Source: Nitrospira sp.
GTDB taxonomy: Bacteria > Nitrospirota > Nitrospiria > Nitrospirales > Nitrospiraceae
Reading direction: 5' to 3'
Assembly (NCBI GenBank): GCA_047150005.1
Contig: AP038806.1
Span: forward strand, 3,392,001-3,456,000
DNA length: 64,000 bases
Shown: in pieces, positions 31,297 to 41,007 of the stretch
How positions within the stretch are numbered: position 1 is the stretch's first letter
Layout of the letters: each line of letters begins with the position of its first letter
The notes under the pieces: model-generated
What the model was told of the DNA's origin: nothing
Databases searched by the model: none
What the model saw: only the letters and a program-made list of their open reading frames with translations
Made by a program: the position numbers and the translations under genes

Positions 31297-31480
31297 GTGG
31301 CCCTGACATGGCTGCTTAGCCGGTCGTGTGAACCGCACCGGTATTGCCATGACCGGGACGTCCAGCGTCATCCCAACGTTTCTGAAAGACGCCATCGCTG
31401 CCTCACGCGTCGTCCGAGGTCACCTCACATCCGGGACCTCTGCTGAAACTCATCGTGGCTGATCGGTGAATTGAGGAAAA

Positions 31481-31496
31481 TGCAATGCGTAGGCCT
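31481..31496 (-). promoter_or_regulatory. Candidate sigma54 promoter
   Basis: AGGCCTACGCATTGCA (GG-N10-GC), near-identical to 40312 and 56813 copies. Confidence 0.6.
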
Positions 31497-31636
31497 TGGG
31501 CGCGAGAATGACGGCTGGAGAAGGACAATGGTTCAGATAGAGCGCAAACCCGGCCAATTGAACCGGATACGAGCGGACCTATAAGGAAGCGCCGGTAGGG
31601 ATAGGAGGAGGAGAGATCGATTTGGTCGCACGTTGA

Positions 31637-31677
31637 TGGAACCTAAAAGTATTCTCAGTGAATCAAAAGTGATTCAC
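31637..31677. promoter_or_regulatory. Tandem UAS palindromes
   Basis: Perfect GTGAATCA-AAAG-TGATTCAC at 31658-31677 plus a degenerate site 21 bp before. Confidence 0.65.
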
Positions 31678-31886
31678 CATTCTCTAGATTTTGGAAGATG
31701 ATATTGTGATGGTGAAAAACAGGTGCGGCTCGCTGGCCCGCCCAATGGTTTTCTTCAGCGGTGCCAGCGGTCTGCTGGGTTAACCAGTAGGTAGGGGGTC
31801 AGTTTTTTCTTGCGTCATGCCCGCGAAAGCGGGCATCCACTCCTCGATCAAGACTCAATGCAGAGGAGAAGGGCGTGACTGGATTC

Positions 31887-32923
31887 CCTAGATTCACAAA
31901 CGAAGTGCAACACCTGTGGGGTAAGGTGTTGCAATGGGACGACACTATGCGCAGCTCTCCTTGGAAGACCGGTGTACGATTGCCCGGGCTCGCGAAGCCG
32001 GGCAAACCATCCGCCAAATTGCAGCAGCTCTGGATCGCGCGCCATCGACCATTCTGCGGGAACTGAGGCGCAATCGCGGCGCCCAGGTGGGCTATGCGCC
32101 TGCCTATGCCCAGGAGCAGACCCGCAGCCGCCGCTGGCGCGGGAGTCGTCTGCTCCGGCAACCGGCGCTGCAGGCCCACGTCCTGCGCTGGTTGGGGCAG
32201 GGCTGGTCGCCCGCTCAAGTCGCCGGCCGGCTCAAGCGCGACGGCTGCGCGCTGCGCATCAGCTCCGAGTCGATCTACCGCTTCATCGCCAGCCAGATCC
32301 GCCGGACGAAAGACTATCGCTGGCGGCATTATTTGCCGCGGGGCAAAAGCAAACGCGGGTGGCGGGGGCGCAAAGGCGGCAGTGCCGTGGACCACATCCG
32401 CAGCCGCGTCCCCATTAGCGAGCGACCGGCGGCGATCCAGCAGCGGCAGGACCCTGGCCATTGGGAGGCCGATCTGATGCTGTTTGTGAAATATGGCCAG
32501 GCGGTCCTGGTGACGCAGGAACGCCGCTCGCGCGTGTTGGTGGCCAGCCGGCAACCCACGAAGGGGGCCCAGCCGGTGGCCGCCCGACTCACGGCGCTGT
32601 TTGCCGCCCTGCCTCCGGCCCTGCGCCGGACCATCACGTTCGATAACGGCACGGAGTTCGCGTATCACGATCAGCTGCACCCGCTCGGCATGCGCACCTA
32701 CTTTTGTGACCCGCATGCCCCGTGGCAAAAAGGGGGTATCGAAAACGGTATCGGCCGGATGCGCCGTGCCCTCCCCCGGAAAACTGACTTGGCCACGCTC
32801 TCCACCCGCCGCTTGCTGGCGCTGGTGCGGGCGTATAATCACACCCCGCGCAAGTGTCTCGACTATGAGACACCGGCCGAGGTGTTTACTCGTGATCTGT
32901 TGCACTTCAAATGTGACTCCACC
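31887..32923 (+). mobile_element. IS30-family element, copy 2 (1037 bp, inverted relative to copy 1)
   Basis: Same IRs, TTC duplication, identical transposase protein. Confidence 0.9.
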
Positions 32924-32944
32924 TTCCCGCTTCCGCGGGAATGA
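31934..32944 (+). CDS. IS30 transposase
   Basis: Identical 336-aa protein to 24064-25074. Confidence 0.95.
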   Translation: MGRHYAQLSLEDRCTIARAREAGQTIRQIAAALDRAPSTILRELRRNRGAQVGYAPAYAQEQTRSRRWRGSRLLRQPALQAHVLRWLGQGWSPAQVAGRLKRDGCALRISSESIYRFIASQIRRTKDYRWRHYLPRGKSKRGWRGRKGGSAVDHIRSRVPISERPAAIQQRQDPGHWEADLMLFVKYGQAVLVTQERRSRVLVASRQPTKGAQPVAARLTALFAALPPALRRTITFDNGTEFAYHDQLHPLGMRTYFCDPHAPWQKGGIENGIGRMRRALPRKTDLATLSTRRLLALVRAYNHTPRKCLDYETPAEVFTRDLLHFKCDSTFPLPRE

Positions 32945-33109
32945 CAGACTCCTGTGCTTCTGATGACAACTGACCCAATACCAACCAGTAGGGACACCTT
33001 GACGGACCGACTATCTCCATTCATGTTCGTCGCGCCATGCCCCTTTCATCGCTCTGGCTACCCTCGATCCTCTCCGTCCGCCGGCAAGAAGAGCATGGCA
33101 TGGACGGAG

Positions 33110-33412
33110 CTATTTCCGGTGGATCATAATGACCGGCCCTGCAGCACCATCATCACCAAGGATTCGTTGTACATAGACCGTCTCGACTGCGTCAGGTAAA
33201 TCGGACAAATCAAAGAGTTGTTGCTCCCTTGTTCCCAGGACACCACTCAGAATGTCCCAATTGCCATCCGAAGTTCCCACGCACAGATGGTTCACGCCAT
33301 CATGGCCATCCCAACGAATTCTGATCGGCTGCTTGAAATTCTTTTCCGATTCATCTTGGTCAGGATAGACAACCGTCTGAATTCCCAGGGCAAGGTCCTC
33401 TGCTGTTGCCAT
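33110..33412 (-). CDS. Small hypothetical beta-rich protein
   Basis: GAGGTG RBS; IRW...HLCVGTSDGNWDI. Confidence 0.55.
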   Translation of the reverse strand: MATAEDLALGIQTVVYPDQDESEKNFKQPIRIRWDGHDGVNHLCVGTSDGNWDILSGVLGTREQQLFDLSDLPDAVETVYVQRILGDDGAAGPVIMIHRK

Positions 33413-33475
33413 ATTCACCTCGCTTCGTTATAGGAAATAGTTGGGTTGTTCTGGTCAATCTCACCGCAGTGCCAT

Positions 33476-33808
33476 TTACTGCATGCATGTAATAGTGGAG
33501 TAGACTCCGCCAGAATTCCAATTGCCAGCATTGTCCTGCCATTCCACGGTGGCATAGATTTTTCGATTGGAAAGATTGACATTAGGCTTTGCGAAATCAT
33601 CGTAAAGCTGCCCAAAAGGAACAGGGTTGCCGTTAGGGTTCCCTGGATACAGGTTATACCCAAACGGGGCCGAGCCAATCTTAAGTCTCCAGTGGGTCCC
33701 ATTGACGACTGGATTCGTGTTACTCCACGCGAAATGGTTTGGGTTTGACCCCATATAGGACATATGGTGGTGAATTCCCCCGTTTGGCGGATCAGTTAGT
33801 ACAGCCAT
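33476..33808 (-). CDS. Small hypothetical beta-rich protein
   Basis: AAGGAGG RBS; FAW...HWRLKIGSAPFGYNLY. Confidence 0.6.
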   Translation of the reverse strand: MAVLTDPPNGGIHHHMSYMGSNPNHFAWSNTNPVVNGTHWRLKIGSAPFGYNLYPGNPNGNPVPFGQLYDDFAKPNVNLSNRKIYATVEWQDNAGNWNSGGVYSTITCMQ

Positions 33809-33905
33809 TGCAACCTCCTTCATGATAGTGAAATGCGACTAAGGCCTTCGTCTGCCCGTATTTGGTGCGTCTTACCACCGCATAAAATTCTTCACACGAA
33901 GAGTG

Positions 33906-36900
33906 TCATGAAGTGCAATCGGATGACACACCATCGGGAAATCCCTGCTTGAGGAATCCCGGCGGAGCGATCCGCCGTAAGGAAATAATTAAGGTGTTGC
34001 CGTCTAGCAGCGGGGGTGCCTGAGTGACATTTCCAGCAGGAGATTCTAGCGTTATCCCAGCCAAGGGACTGGTGAGCCACCCGCCCGGCTCGGTCGGAAG
34101 TGTGTCCCGTCCCGCAACGACGAAGCTGCTGACTTCGCCACGGGCGATCGCGGCGCAGCGCTGGCTGAGTAACGCAGTCACTTGTAACGGGGCTTTGCCG
34201 AGCGGCTGAATCTTGCCGCCGGCCGGCGCAATCGGCGCCTGGATCGTGACCGTGCCGTTCACGCCGGATTGCGAAGACGCGCTCACGACACTGGTGGCAT
34301 CCGGCAGGAAGGTGCCCCCGTTCGTAATATTGATCAAGATATTACCGCCGGGCCCCTGTTGGGCCTGGGCGAGAATCTGACTGTTTTGGAGAATGACGAA
34401 CTGCGGGTCGAGGCTCACGCTCCCGCCGCCGCCCGTGCCGTCGAGCACCGACGCGCTGATCGTGCTGTTGGACAGGTCCACCGTGCCGCTGGGATTCGTC
34501 GTGATCTTGATGATGCCGCCGCTCGATTGATTCGCCTCGGTCGTGATCGTGCTGTTGGTCATCGCGAACTGATTGCCGGCCGTGATCTGAACACTTCCCG
34601 CGTTGCCCGTTCCCGTGCTGTTGGCGGAGATGCTCGCGCCATTGGTCATGATGAACGACTGCCCGGCCGTGATCCCGATATCGCCGCCGGCTGCGCCGCC
34701 GGTTGTGCTGGTGAGAATACGGCCGCCGTTCTCGATCATCACAGTCGGGGCCGAGAGCGTAATCTGCCCCGCGTGACCGGTTGCGCCGGAGTCGCTGCTG
34801 CTGCTGATCGCCGTGGAGGATCCTGAGATGAGAGCCTGCTGAGTCGCTGCAATGGTGATCGCCCCGGCTGCCCCGGCGCCGAAGGTATCGGCGTTTATAG
34901 TGGCATGATCGGTGAGGGTGAATTGGCCGGCGTGAATGCTGATGTCTCCGGCGGTTCCGTCTGCCGCTGTCAGACTGTGGACCCGGCTGGCTCCCGAGAT
35001 CGTGACGCTCTCGGCCGAACTCCCTGGGCCATCGAGTCCCCGCAACGTGACCGTACCGCCATGACCTGAACCAGATGTGACCGCAAAGAGATCCGCACCC
35101 GCTCCTTGTGAATTAATTCGCTGACCCTCTAGGAGGATGTTCCCAGCATTTCCAGCCCCGGACGTGGACGTGCTCAGGACTGCTCCGTCGACAGTAATCG
35201 TCGGAGCTCTGAGCAGGATATTGCCGCCCAACCCGGATCCGCCTACGGTATCGGTGTTTAAAAAAGAATTCACTGCAGTGATCTGTTGGGTCGCCCGCAG
35301 GGCAATATTGCCGGCATTACCCGCCGTGTTGTCACCTGCGGAACTCAGTGCGTTGATAGTGGACAGTCCAGACAAATTGATTGTGGCGGCGTTCACCTGA
35401 ATGTCGCCTCCGTGGTTTGAGCCCGAGGTCGTGGCCGAGAGCGTGCCGCCGTCGGAGAGCGTGACGGAGTCGGCATTGACAAAGATATTGCCACCTGCGC
35501 CCGCAGCCTGGGTGTCGGTGAAGATGCCGCTGCCGGCGCCGGTGATGAGTACGGACTGGGCCGGACTGGCGAGTCCCTCAATGGTGATACTGCCGGCGTT
35601 GCCGGGGCCGCTGGTGCTGGCTGAAACTTGCGCACCCTCCGAAATGGTGACGGAATTTCCGGCTAGCAGGGTAATGTTGCCGCCGGATCCCCCGGCTGAA
35701 CTGGTCGCGAAAACTCCGCTGGGGTTGCCGTCGGCAGTTGTACCGGCGATTGCGATCTGACCCGCGCGGACCGTGATATCGCCTCCTGTTCCCGCACTAT
35801 TGGTGCTGCTATCGATGCGGCCGCCTTGGCTCAGGTTCAACGTCTCGGTGGTAATCGATGTGAGTCCGGCGTTTCCACAAGGGCCGGTGCAGAATTCGCT
35901 CTGGACGGTACGCGAATAGATGCCGCTGGCGAGGCTGGTCACAATGTCAAAGAGCGGCCCTTCGATGGCGGGAAATGGGCGCGCCCCATCGATCACGATG
36001 GTATCTGCCGCCACTGTGATGTGGCCCCCATTTCCGTTCGATGATGTACTCGCGTCAAACCGCGCCCCCCCCCGTAGTTCCAGGGCGGACGTATTGACTC
36101 TAATTTCTGCGGCATTGCCGGTACCGATGTTGGACGTCGTGAAGAGTCCGCTCGGCCTGTTCGGAGCCGCTTCCCCGGGATCATCCGAAAAGGTAAGACG
36201 CTCCGTAGCGGTAAACGTAATGTTGCCAGCGTTTCCCTCTCCAAATGTACTGCTCTGCACGGTGCTTCCATTGGTGAATCGTCCAATTCTTCCATTGAAG
36301 ATGATGCCGCCTCCACTTTCGGCGACGGTGGTGGTGTCGATCTGTGATTCATCCAGGGAGAGAGTATCCGCAGTGATTCGGACTGTGCCGCTTCTTATTC
36401 TTCCAGAGGATGAGAGGGCGCTGCTCTTCGTGAGCTGAACATCCCGGCCTGAAATGGTGATATCACCGCCTCGGCCGGCGAAGAAGCCGTCTGTCACCAG
36501 AAACGCATCGGTCAGCTGTATGGTCTCGGCATTCACGGTCAGATTGCCGCCTGACCCAGCCGCTTCCTCGAATAAATTGTTTGCGACAAAATCACCCGTA
36601 TTGATACTGGCGTGCTGGATGTCGATATTCTTGGCAGTCAGCGTCACATTGCCTCCGTGACCTCCTGCCGGCCCGATCGTGCCGCTGTCGATGAAGAAGA
36701 TAATCCCGGATTGATCGCTCGATGCCGCGATGGTGTCCGTCGCCGTAATGGTGACGTCCCCGGCTTTGCCGGCACCGGACGTATGTGTGTCAATGACGGG
36801 GACGACGAAGTTGTCGACCGCCGAACCTGCTACGTTCAGATTTTGTGATGTGATGCGGATTTCCCCGGCGTCGCCTGAACCGGTGGTTCTTGCGGTGAGA

Positions 36901-37928
36901 GCCGGAACGTCCACGGTCGAGACAGACACATCCCCCGTCGCATGAATATCGATGGCAATCGGCGCACCATTGCCAGTGCCGGTGTCGACGGCGATCGACG
37001 CATGGTCTATCACTAGCTGGCCACCTCGAATACGAACGGTTCCCGCCGAGTCGGCCGAAACGTCGAGCAACGTCCCTTGGGTAAGACTTACATTCCCTCT
37101 TGTCATGCCCGCGGCGGGCATGAAATCGACGGACGTAACTTCGCCTGCCGCAGCCACGCTTGCGATATTGATCTGCCCGCTCGGCGCAGACAACCTGCCG
37201 GACTGGATGGTGACATTTCCCCCGACCAATGAAATGCCGGTTCCGTCTGATACCGTCAGATGACTGCCCTGGATCGCAATCGCGGCGGGGTTCGAGCCAA
37301 GAAATCCAAACGCAGCGACGTTGGCAGTTGTGAGAACACTATTGCTCGCAGGATTGGCGTAAAACACCCCCGCCACACCATTGCTTTCGGCAAACTTCAG
37401 ATAATCGGCCGTCGTGAAGGTCGCCATCCCGCCGATGTTTAAGGTTGCAGTCGGGCCGAAAATCACGCCAGCGGGATTCATGAGAAAGAGATTGGCTCCG
37501 GGATAGTAGGTGGCGCTGTCGATCGCGCCGAAAATGCTGGACGGACTGCCACCGGTCACCCGACTGAGGATGTTGCTCATGCTCGAATTGACCGAGAGAT
37601 TGTTCGTTTGAAACTGCGCGATATCACCGGAGCCGACGCTGAATTGATTGAAGCTGTGAAAGAGGTTGCTCCCTACCGTCTGGCCCCCCTTGATGCCGTA
37701 GACATTGCCGCTCGAGGTCACTTGGGTCCCGAGGTCACCTGCGCCGGTCGTGCGCGTGATGGAGGATGCCGCCTCGGCAAGCGTGCCTAGACTTTCAGGG
37801 TGCGAGATTGCTATAGAAAAGAAGAGCCCTGCGCTGACCACGCGGACGGCACAAGTCACCACATATGAGGACGCAAGCGACAGCCGGGTTGCCCTTCTCG
37901 CTTCAGGCAGGAAGTTCCTGAGTTTCAT
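33906..37928 (-). CDS. TpsA filamentous-haemagglutinin-domain exoprotein A (1340 aa)
   Basis: NLFHSF, NILSRVTGG, LFLMNPAG TPS domain; G.gG.I.I beta-helix repeats. Confidence 0.92.
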   Translation of the reverse strand: MKLRNFLPEARRATRLSLASSYVVTCAVRVVSAGLFFSIAISHPESLGTLAEAASSITRTTGAGDLGTQVTSSGNVYGIKGGQTVGSNLFHSFNQFSVGSGDIAQFQTNNLSVNSSMSNILSRVTGGSPSSIFGAIDSATYYPGANLFLMNPAGVIFGPTATLNIGGMATFTTADYLKFAESNGVAGVFYANPASNSVLTTANVAAFGFLGSNPAAIAIQGSHLTVSDGTGISLVGGNVTIQSGRLSAPSGQINIASVAAAGEVTSVDFMPAAGMTRGNVSLTQGTLLDVSADSAGTVRIRGGQLVIDHASIAVDTGTGNGAPIAIDIHATGDVSVSTVDVPALTARTTGSGDAGEIRITSQNLNVAGSAVDNFVVPVIDTHTSGAGKAGDVTITATDTIAASSDQSGIIFFIDSGTIGPAGGHGGNVTLTAKNIDIQHASINTGDFVANNLFEEAAGSGGNLTVNAETIQLTDAFLVTDGFFAGRGGDITISGRDVQLTKSSALSSSGRIRSGTVRITADTLSLDESQIDTTTVAESGGGIIFNGRIGRFTNGSTVQSSTFGEGNAGNITFTATERLTFSDDPGEAAPNRPSGLFTTSNIGTGNAAEIRVNTSALELRGGARFDASTSSNGNGGHITVAADTIVIDGARPFPAIEGPLFDIVTSLASGIYSRTVQSEFCTGPCGNAGLTSITTETLNLSQGGRIDSSTNSAGTGGDITVRAGQIAIAGTTADGNPSGVFATSSAGGSGGNITLLAGNSVTISEGAQVSASTSGPGNAGSITIEGLASPAQSVLITGAGSGIFTDTQAAGAGGNIFVNADSVTLSDGGTLSATTSGSNHGGDIQVNAATINLSGLSTINALSSAGDNTAGNAGNIALRATQQITAVNSFLNTDTVGGSGLGGNILLRAPTITVDGAVLSTSTSGAGNAGNILLEGQRINSQGAGADLFAVTSGSGHGGTVTLRGLDGPGSSAESVTISGASRVHSLTAADGTAGDISIHAGQFTLTDHATINADTFGAGAAGAITIAATQQALISGSSTAISSSSDSGATGHAGQITLSAPTVMIENGGRILTSTTGGAAGGDIGITAGQSFIMTNGASISANSTGTGNAGSVQITAGNQFAMTNSTITTEANQSSGGIIKITTNPSGTVDLSNSTISASVLDGTGGGGSVSLDPQFVILQNSQILAQAQQGPGGNILINITNGGTFLPDATSVVSASSQSGVNGTVTIQAPIAPAGGKIQPLGKAPLQVTALLSQRCAAIARGEVSSFVVAGRDTLPTEPGGWLTSPLAGITLESPAGNVTQAPPLLDGNTLIISLRRIAPPGFLKQGFPDGVSSDCTS

Positions 37929-37944
37929 ACTTCACCCTCATGGT

Positions 37945-38349
37945 TCACATACAAGCACAATCACACCGACCGTTATCCTTATTCCAGGTGGTCTTACAAG
38001 TCTTGTTGGGGTAGAAGCTGCAGTTAGCCTGACCGGGGTTGGTGCACTTCTTATTTTGTCCACCGGTCCAGGTGCACTTCTCGGTGCCCGGCAGGCTTTC
38101 CAGCGTATCGCCGGTGGGTTGACCAGAATTGTTGATGACCACGGAGTTGCTTGGAGCGTCGCTATTCACCGCCACGTCGGTCTTTTGGCAGGGAGCCCCA
38201 GGTTCTTCCGACCCACCGGGCTTTGCTTCACCACAGTTCACCATCACTGATTGCGTAATGGGACTATGGCACCCTTGGAGGGCAATGAGGAAAGCTACGG
38301 CTACTGTCCAGCGGACCATGCCAACTATTCGGACGGGGACGCTCTTCAT
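37945..38349 (-). CDS. Cysteine-rich putative lipoprotein, cassette 1
   Basis: AGGAGG RBS; LIALQGC; nine further Cys ending CDCAC. Confidence 0.75.
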   Translation of the reverse strand: MKSVPVRIVGMVRWTVAVAFLIALQGCHSPITQSVMVNCGEAKPGGSEEPGAPCQKTDVAVNSDAPSNSVVINNSGQPTGDTLESLPGTEKCTWTGGQNKKCTNPGQANCSFYPNKTCKTTWNKDNGRCDCACM

Positions 38350-38398
38350 TGGCTACCTCCTGATCGTGTTAGGAATGATCCGGGTTCTCTGTGACGCA

Positions 38399-39136
38399 TT
38401 ATCCCGGATTGTGCTCATCATGGGCCCTCGCTTGTTGGGCAAGTAGCGCGAACACCACCGCGGCTTCCACTGGGACCCCTTCCGTCAACCCGTACAATTG
38501 CCTCGTCGCCAACGGTGTCAACTTGAGAGTTTCATCGGGATGATCGCCCAAGAAGTGTAGGTTCAGAACGGGGAACCAGACCACGAAATCCGAGTCTGAC
38601 TTCTTATGACGCATCACCAATGTGATGAGTTGTTGCAGCCCGTAAGCCGTGGTTGTGAAATCCTGCGTTTCCATAACGCGCGACACGACCAGAGACGAGC
38701 GGACTTGACCCGCGACGCTCAAGGGATAGAGACGAGATTCAAGCTGACTGATCAAAGGAGCGACTTTATCCCCAGGCTTGTACTCACGTATTCGGGTGAG
38801 ACCGATGGTATAGATATCAATCGGCTTGCCAATGTGAACGTTTGAGGCATCCTCCACTTTATCGAAACCGAGAAGCTTTGAGTTGGCGGAGTTAATCAGC
38901 GACTTGAATTTGGAACATCCTTCCAATGCTTTCATATTCCACTTTTTCAAATCTTCCGTAGGTGGCGATTGACCCGTCGTAGCCGTAAGCGGCGACGGTG
39001 GTGTGACGGCCGTGGAGCCGGGGGAAGGGACTTGTCCTGGACCAGGCAGGCACGGCACAGGCTGTGCCGACGCGTATGAACCAATCTGGCCCATCAGGAT
39101 TCCCAGAACAAAGATCATCATTCGCACGGTACGCAT
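38399..39136 (-). CDS. Secreted protease-partner protein, cassette 1
   Basis: Signal peptide; LGF, IGLTRIREY, LYPL..GQVRSS, FPVLNLHFLG shared with 54357-55076. Confidence 0.75.
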   Translation of the reverse strand: MRTVRMMIFVLGILMGQIGSYASAQPVPCLPGPGQVPSPGSTAVTPPSPLTATTGQSPPTEDLKKWNMKALEGCSKFKSLINSANSKLLGFDKVEDASNVHIGKPIDIYTIGLTRIREYKPGDKVAPLISQLESRLYPLSVAGQVRSSLVVSRVMETQDFTTTAYGLQQLITLVMRHKKSDSDFVVWFPVLNLHFLGDHPDETLKLTPLATRQLYGLTEGVPVEAAVVFALLAQQARAHDEHNPG

Positions 39137-39157
39137 GCCGGCATCCCTCCTCAAGTC

Positions 39158-39790
39158 TCACCTTGCAATGTCGTAGTAGGTTCTCCAATGTTCATAGGAC
39201 CCATCCGCCGCTACACCGAATAAATGTTTGAATTTCAGAATGGCAGGGCCACGGAATCCATCGGGGTCAATCACCAACACGAACTGTTCGCCATCTTCGT
39301 CAAGTTGGTAACCGATCACCGTCCCCATATGGCCCCCACCCGAAACGAATTTAATGGCAACGGCAAGGGGGAGACCACTGTCGATCTGCGCTACAACCTG
39401 ATCCCAGCTCAAAGGTCGGCTTGTCTGCTTGGACTGAAATCCATAGCGCTCAAAATGAGGCCAGCCCGAACGATTGCAAAGCGGACTCTCAGGGTCATCG
39501 CAACAGGTCGAAGGGTCGCTTTTCCCCGGAAAGCTGTCATCGGCCTGGATGCATTGAAGCCACTGAGGTTGCCCATGGAATGTCATGATCATGTCCGCAG
39601 TGGCTGCCCAACACCAACGGTCGCTCTTTTGCTTTTTGAAAAACCTCGCCCCGGCATCCGGATCGTCTCCGAAGACAAATTTGTAATACAACGGACGCTC
39701 ATTTTCGGGGGTTGCCGGCTGTCCGAGGGCATGGGAACCCCCTAAGAGCACGGCGACTGTCACGAGGCCTGCGCAAGTCTTTCGCATCAT
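39158..39790 (-). CDS. Secreted papain-fold cysteine protease (C39-like/AvrRpt2-like), cassette 1
   Basis: Q....WCWAA, GGH..TVIGY, VIDP; signal peptide; AGGAG RBS. Confidence 0.8.
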   Translation of the reverse strand: MMRKTCAGLVTVAVLLGGSHALGQPATPENERPLYYKFVFGDDPDAGARFFKKQKSDRWCWAATADMIMTFHGQPQWLQCIQADDSFPGKSDPSTCCDDPESPLCNRSGWPHFERYGFQSKQTSRPLSWDQVVAQIDSGLPLAVAIKFVSGGGHMGTVIGYQLDEDGEQFVLVIDPDGFRGPAILKFKHLFGVAADGSYEHWRTYYDIAR

Positions 39791-39848
39791 GTGAGGCTCC
39801 TGTTCTTTTCAAAAGCACGAGAGATCGTCAAAACGCCTTTCCGAGAAG

Positions 39849-40075
39849 TGCTGAGCAGGGGGGAGGGGATCACTCTTTCGGTGAAGGTAAGACGTCATGA
39901 AGTGGTATCCCGTTTCGCCTAGGTGCTAATCAGCCGCCTACCTATGCTTATAATGAAAATCCCGCAATAACCCTTTCGGCTAGGGGCGATGGCCTCTGCT
40001 CCTCCATCTCTAGCTGTAGCAGTAAGATCTCCGTGTCACCCCACAGCTTGTAAAAGCCGTATTATCTGGTTCGTC
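39849..40075 (-). repeat. ~227-bp diverged repeat upstream of cassette 1 (contains 54-bp motif at 39936-39989)
   Basis: Aligns with 56104-56329. Confidence 0.8.
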
Positions 40076-40180
40076 TCGTTTGTGCGGTCTGTCTTACTTC
40101 ATCCTCATTCAGCATCGACTCCGTTCATAGCTCAGGACGCTGCACTCAGCACGCAGCACTCAGAGCTCATGACTGCTTCC

Positions 40181-40267
40181 CTAGGCCTGCCAGATGATCT
40201 CGATGACGATGTAGACCAGCGCCGCCATGAGAGTGTTGGCGAGAAACAAGCTCATTCCGATGTCCAT
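40181..40267 (-). CDS. 28-aa hydrophobic peptide, copy 1
   Basis: MDIGMSLFLANTLMAALVYIVIEIIWQA; GAGG RBS; sigma54 promoter upstream. Confidence 0.6.
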   Translation of the reverse strand: MDIGMSLFLANTLMAALVYIVIEIIWQA

Positions 40268-40488
40268 GATTGCCTCGGTGACGATTCGGTTCACTGCTGC
40301 CCTCGCGAGAGTGCAATGGGTAGACCAATGAGAGATTTGACGCGAGTCAACGGCAGGTGAAGCGTGAGATCGCAGTGTGGACAATGAGATCTGCCGGTGC
40401 GGGGATTCACAGCATGGCGACAGAAGGATCTAGCGCGATCAGGCCGAAAGGACCTAAAAGCATTCGCGATGGATCGAAAGTGATTCAG
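40181..40488 (-). repeat. 308-bp duplicated unit: UAS (40448-40488), sigma54 promoter (40312-40327), peptide gene
   Basis: Same-length homolog at 56682-56989; TGGTCTACCCATTGCA. Confidence 0.85.
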
Positions 40489-40608
40489 TAGACAAGGTCG
40501 CGATAGTGGGATGAGAAAAGCCTCAATACGGGAGACTGGAGATCGAGGGGTTAAGAAACCCCGTGTATGCCTGACAGCCAGCCACGTGGCAATTCGAATT
40601 TCTGGATG

Positions 40609-40711
40609 TCAGGACGTGCAGTCCGTGACCCAATCCTCTGCGAGGAGCTATGCCACTTTGCTCGGGGAGGGGAGCCGGCGCAACGAAACGAGCAGCGACC
40701 CTTCGGAGTGA
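40609..40711 (-). pseudogene. Orphan tpsA 3' end
   Basis: HSEGSLLVSLRRLPSPSKVA*LLAEDWVTDCTS*. Confidence 0.85.
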
Positions 40712-40779
40712 CCCTGCTGAGCCTCGGCGAGAAACTGACCAGATTGACATACAGCCATAACAGCAGTATGGTTTTCCAT

Positions 40780-41007
40780 ATGAAGACCACGTTGAATATT
40801 GATGCATCCGTCATGGCCAGGCTGAAGCGGGAAGCGGTGCGGCAGGGCCGGACCATGTCGGAGCTGGTCGAGACCGCGTTGCGGGCCCTTCTTCGCGCAC
40901 AGAAAACACGGCACGCTCTTCCACCTTTGCCGTCCTTCAAGAGCGGTGGCCAGCTCGTGGACGTAGCTGACAGAGACGCGTTGTATCAAGCGATGGAAGG
41001 GCGGTAG
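40780..41007 (+). CDS. vapB: RHH antitoxin
   Basis: MKTTLNID..L...A...GRTMSELVE; TTGACA-17-TATGGT immediately upstream. Confidence 0.85.
   Translation: MKTTLNIDASVMARLKREAVRQGRTMSELVETALRALLRAQKTRHALPPLPSFKSGGQLVDVADRDALYQAMEGR

Larger units (their letters stand above)
31814..32945. repeat. REP-like doublet split by IS30 copy 2 (31814-31886 and 32924-32945)
   Basis: GTCATGCCCGCGAAAGCGGGCATCCA...CTGGATTC|IS|TTCCCGCTTCCGCGGGAATGAC. Confidence 0.75.

Noticed and set aside
39809..39811. Selenocysteine read-through of the in-frame TGA
   Set aside because: No evident SECIS hairpin; a strong RBS and ATG follow
40127..40170. Degenerate CTCAGCA heptamer repeats
   Set aside because: Short and low-complexity; no function supportable
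40268..40384. 67-aa versions of the duplicated peptide ORF (also 56769-56885)
   Set aside because: Extension runs through the sigma54 promoter; RBS supports the 28-aa start
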